Source: an uncultured Candidatus Saccharibacteria bacterium (lineage in GTDB: Bacteria; Patescibacteriota; UBA1384; JAMDBS01; DAOVQR01). From it: a stretch of DNA of 63,642 bases. The notes beneath the pieces are model-generated. The model did not search any database. It was not told the DNA's origin and was given only the letters and a program-made list of their open reading frames with translations. Position 1 is the stretch's first letter; each line of letters starts with the position of its first letter. The DNA lies in the NCBI GenBank assembly GCA_964481135.1, contig CAYZSW010000006.1:1-63642 (forward strand), in the 5' to 3' direction. Both the position numbers and the translations under genes were made by a program. Positions 9,951 through 11,856 of the stretch are shown piece by piece.

Positions 9951-11510
9951 TCAATTTAATTTATTATTTATTTTCTTTTTTCGTTCTTTAGCATATTCTT
10001 CGATTACGGCTTTTTGAGTAACTCTAAAATCTAAATATTTACCAAACATTAATCTAGTTTGAGCATCTATTGCAGGAAAAGAAGAAAAAACAATATTCGA
10101 AACAGGTAAAAGTATGGGTGATAGAATCCATTCTAAAACAACGCTCCAGGTAAGTGATTTTTTTGGTTTTTTAGGCAATAAAAGAAGTGATATGGTTAGA
10201 GTAACTATAAGTCCAAGCATTGCAAAAGTTAAAATTCTTGAATAAATGATTGGAAAATTATATGAAAAAACAGTATTTCTGAAAGATGGGTTAAGTAGTG
10301 ATGGCATCCAGCCAACAAAAGCTAAAATAATTGAAATTGTTGCCCATGAAAAATGACCTTCGATGAGTCGTAAAACTTGAACATATTTATTTAAAAATGG
10401 TAGTTTTGAATTACCAATAATATTAGTCATTACATATGCAATATCAGAACAACCCCAAGCCCATCTTCTTTTTTGCAAGTATTGTTCGACAAAAGTTCCC
10501 CAATAACCTTTAGGCGACAACACAGCATCTTGATATACAGGTATATAAAGAGGCACTACTGCGTAATTACCATCAAACGCCATATAACTTCTCCAATACT
10601 GGTGACCATCTTCTACTATTGTTTTGGTAGACCAAAAATCGGTTTTTATTAAACCAGCTAAAGATTGAGCATGAGCAGAAAAATTTCTTAATCTATATGG
10701 TCTAGTTGATTCGATCATTTGCCAAAAAGAGCTACCAACAGCGATTGATCTAATAATAAGTGGAACCTGCCAAATATTATTAAAAAACATAGAAAGCGGT
10801 TGAAAACTTTTTTGTGTAGGATTTTTATCATGCAAATATGCATATGTAAGATTTGCTAAATACATTTTATGAACTCGATTGTCAGCATCTAGTGTAGTTA
10901 CAATTACATTTTCATAAGGAATTTTTTCTTTTTTAATATATTTAATCATTTGTCGAGCTGCATAAGTAATATTTGAACCCTTGCCCTTAACTTCTCCTGG
11001 GGTATGGGCAGGATGTATTGTTGTAATAAACTTTTTAAATTTACTGCCAAATTCTTTATTCAATAATTTTGCATTTTTTAATGCGTTTTCTTTGTCTCTT
11101 TCTTCACTTGCTAAAACAAATATTACTTTTTTTTCTGTTGGATAATCGGAATCCTTTAATGCACTAATTGAATGCCTTAATATTTCTAAATCTTCTTTAT
11201 ATGTTGCAAGGATTACCACATGATAAATTTTTTCCCAGCATTTTTTGGGTAAACTATTCTTACAAAGTGTAAGCCAATTTTTTTTAATATCTTCTGAATA
11301 TTTTTTGTATCCTATAATAAGATGACCAGACATAATAAAGGCCTTAACTAACCAATATATTGCATACAAAATTACTAAACTAGCAATAACAAATGGGTAA
11401 TATATTGATAAAATAATTGGAACTAAAAAAGTAATCCATGTTAATAATCCTGGAAATATTTCCCATAATCGATAATTTTTTTTATTTTTATTGATTTCAA
11501 TATTTTTCAT
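9951..11510 (-). CDS. polytopic family-2 glycosyltransferase (processive, QxxRW type)
   Basis: 519-aa ORF with N- and C-terminal TM bundles. It has a catalytic TLDADN (D,D,D) motif and QKRRWAWG (QxxRW) typical of cellulose/chitin/hyaluronan-synthase-like GT2 enzymes. Confidence 0.75.
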   Translation of the reverse strand: MKNIEINKNKKNYRLWEIFPGLLTWITFLVPIILSIYYPFVIASLVILYAIYWLVKAFIMSGHLIIGYKKYSEDIKKNWLTLCKNSLPKKCWEKIYHVVILATYKEDLEILRHSISALKDSDYPTEKKVIFVLASEERDKENALKNAKLLNKEFGSKFKKFITTIHPAHTPGEVKGKGSNITYAARQMIKYIKKEKIPYENVIVTTLDADNRVHKMYLANLTYAYLHDKNPTQKSFQPLSMFFNNIWQVPLIIRSIAVGSSFWQMIESTRPYRLRNFSAHAQSLAGLIKTDFWSTKTIVEDGHQYWRSYMAFDGNYAVVPLYIPVYQDAVLSPKGYWGTFVEQYLQKRRWAWGCSDIAYVMTNIIGNSKLPFLNKYVQVLRLIEGHFSWATISIILAFVGWMPSLLNPSFRNTVFSYNFPIIYSRILTFAMLGLIVTLTISLLLLPKKPKKSLTWSVVLEWILSPILLPVSNIVFSSFPAIDAQTRLMFGKYLDFRVTQKAVIEEYAKERKKKINNKLN

Positions 11511-11528
11511 AAATTATTTTTACTTTAT

Positions 11529-11828
11529 TTACAAATATACCGAATTTATTAAAAGCACTGAAAGAAAAATTTGACATAATAGCGCCACTCCTAATAATAA
11601 ATATGAAACTATCTGCCCCTTAGAATCAAAGAATATTGTTAATAAAAAGTTAATTACAAGAATAAATGTAACTACTAAGATAGAGAATACATTAAAATGA
11701 ATCTTATACCAAATAAACCAAAGAATAATATTAATTATTAGTGATAAACCAAACAATATCCAAGAAAATTTATCAAGCGATAAATATGAAACCATTAGTT
11801 GCCAAATTGCTTGAATATTTAATTTCAT
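11529..11828 (-). CDS. small integral membrane protein
   Basis: 99-aa ORF with three hydrophobic spans. No family assigned. Confidence 0.45.
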   Translation of the reverse strand: MKLNIQAIWQLMVSYLSLDKFSWILFGLSLIINIILWFIWYKIHFNVFSILVVTFILVINFLLTIFFDSKGQIVSYLLLGVALLCQIFLSVLLINSVYL

Positions 11829-11856
11829 TTAATCCTTTGTAAATAGTAAAAGATTT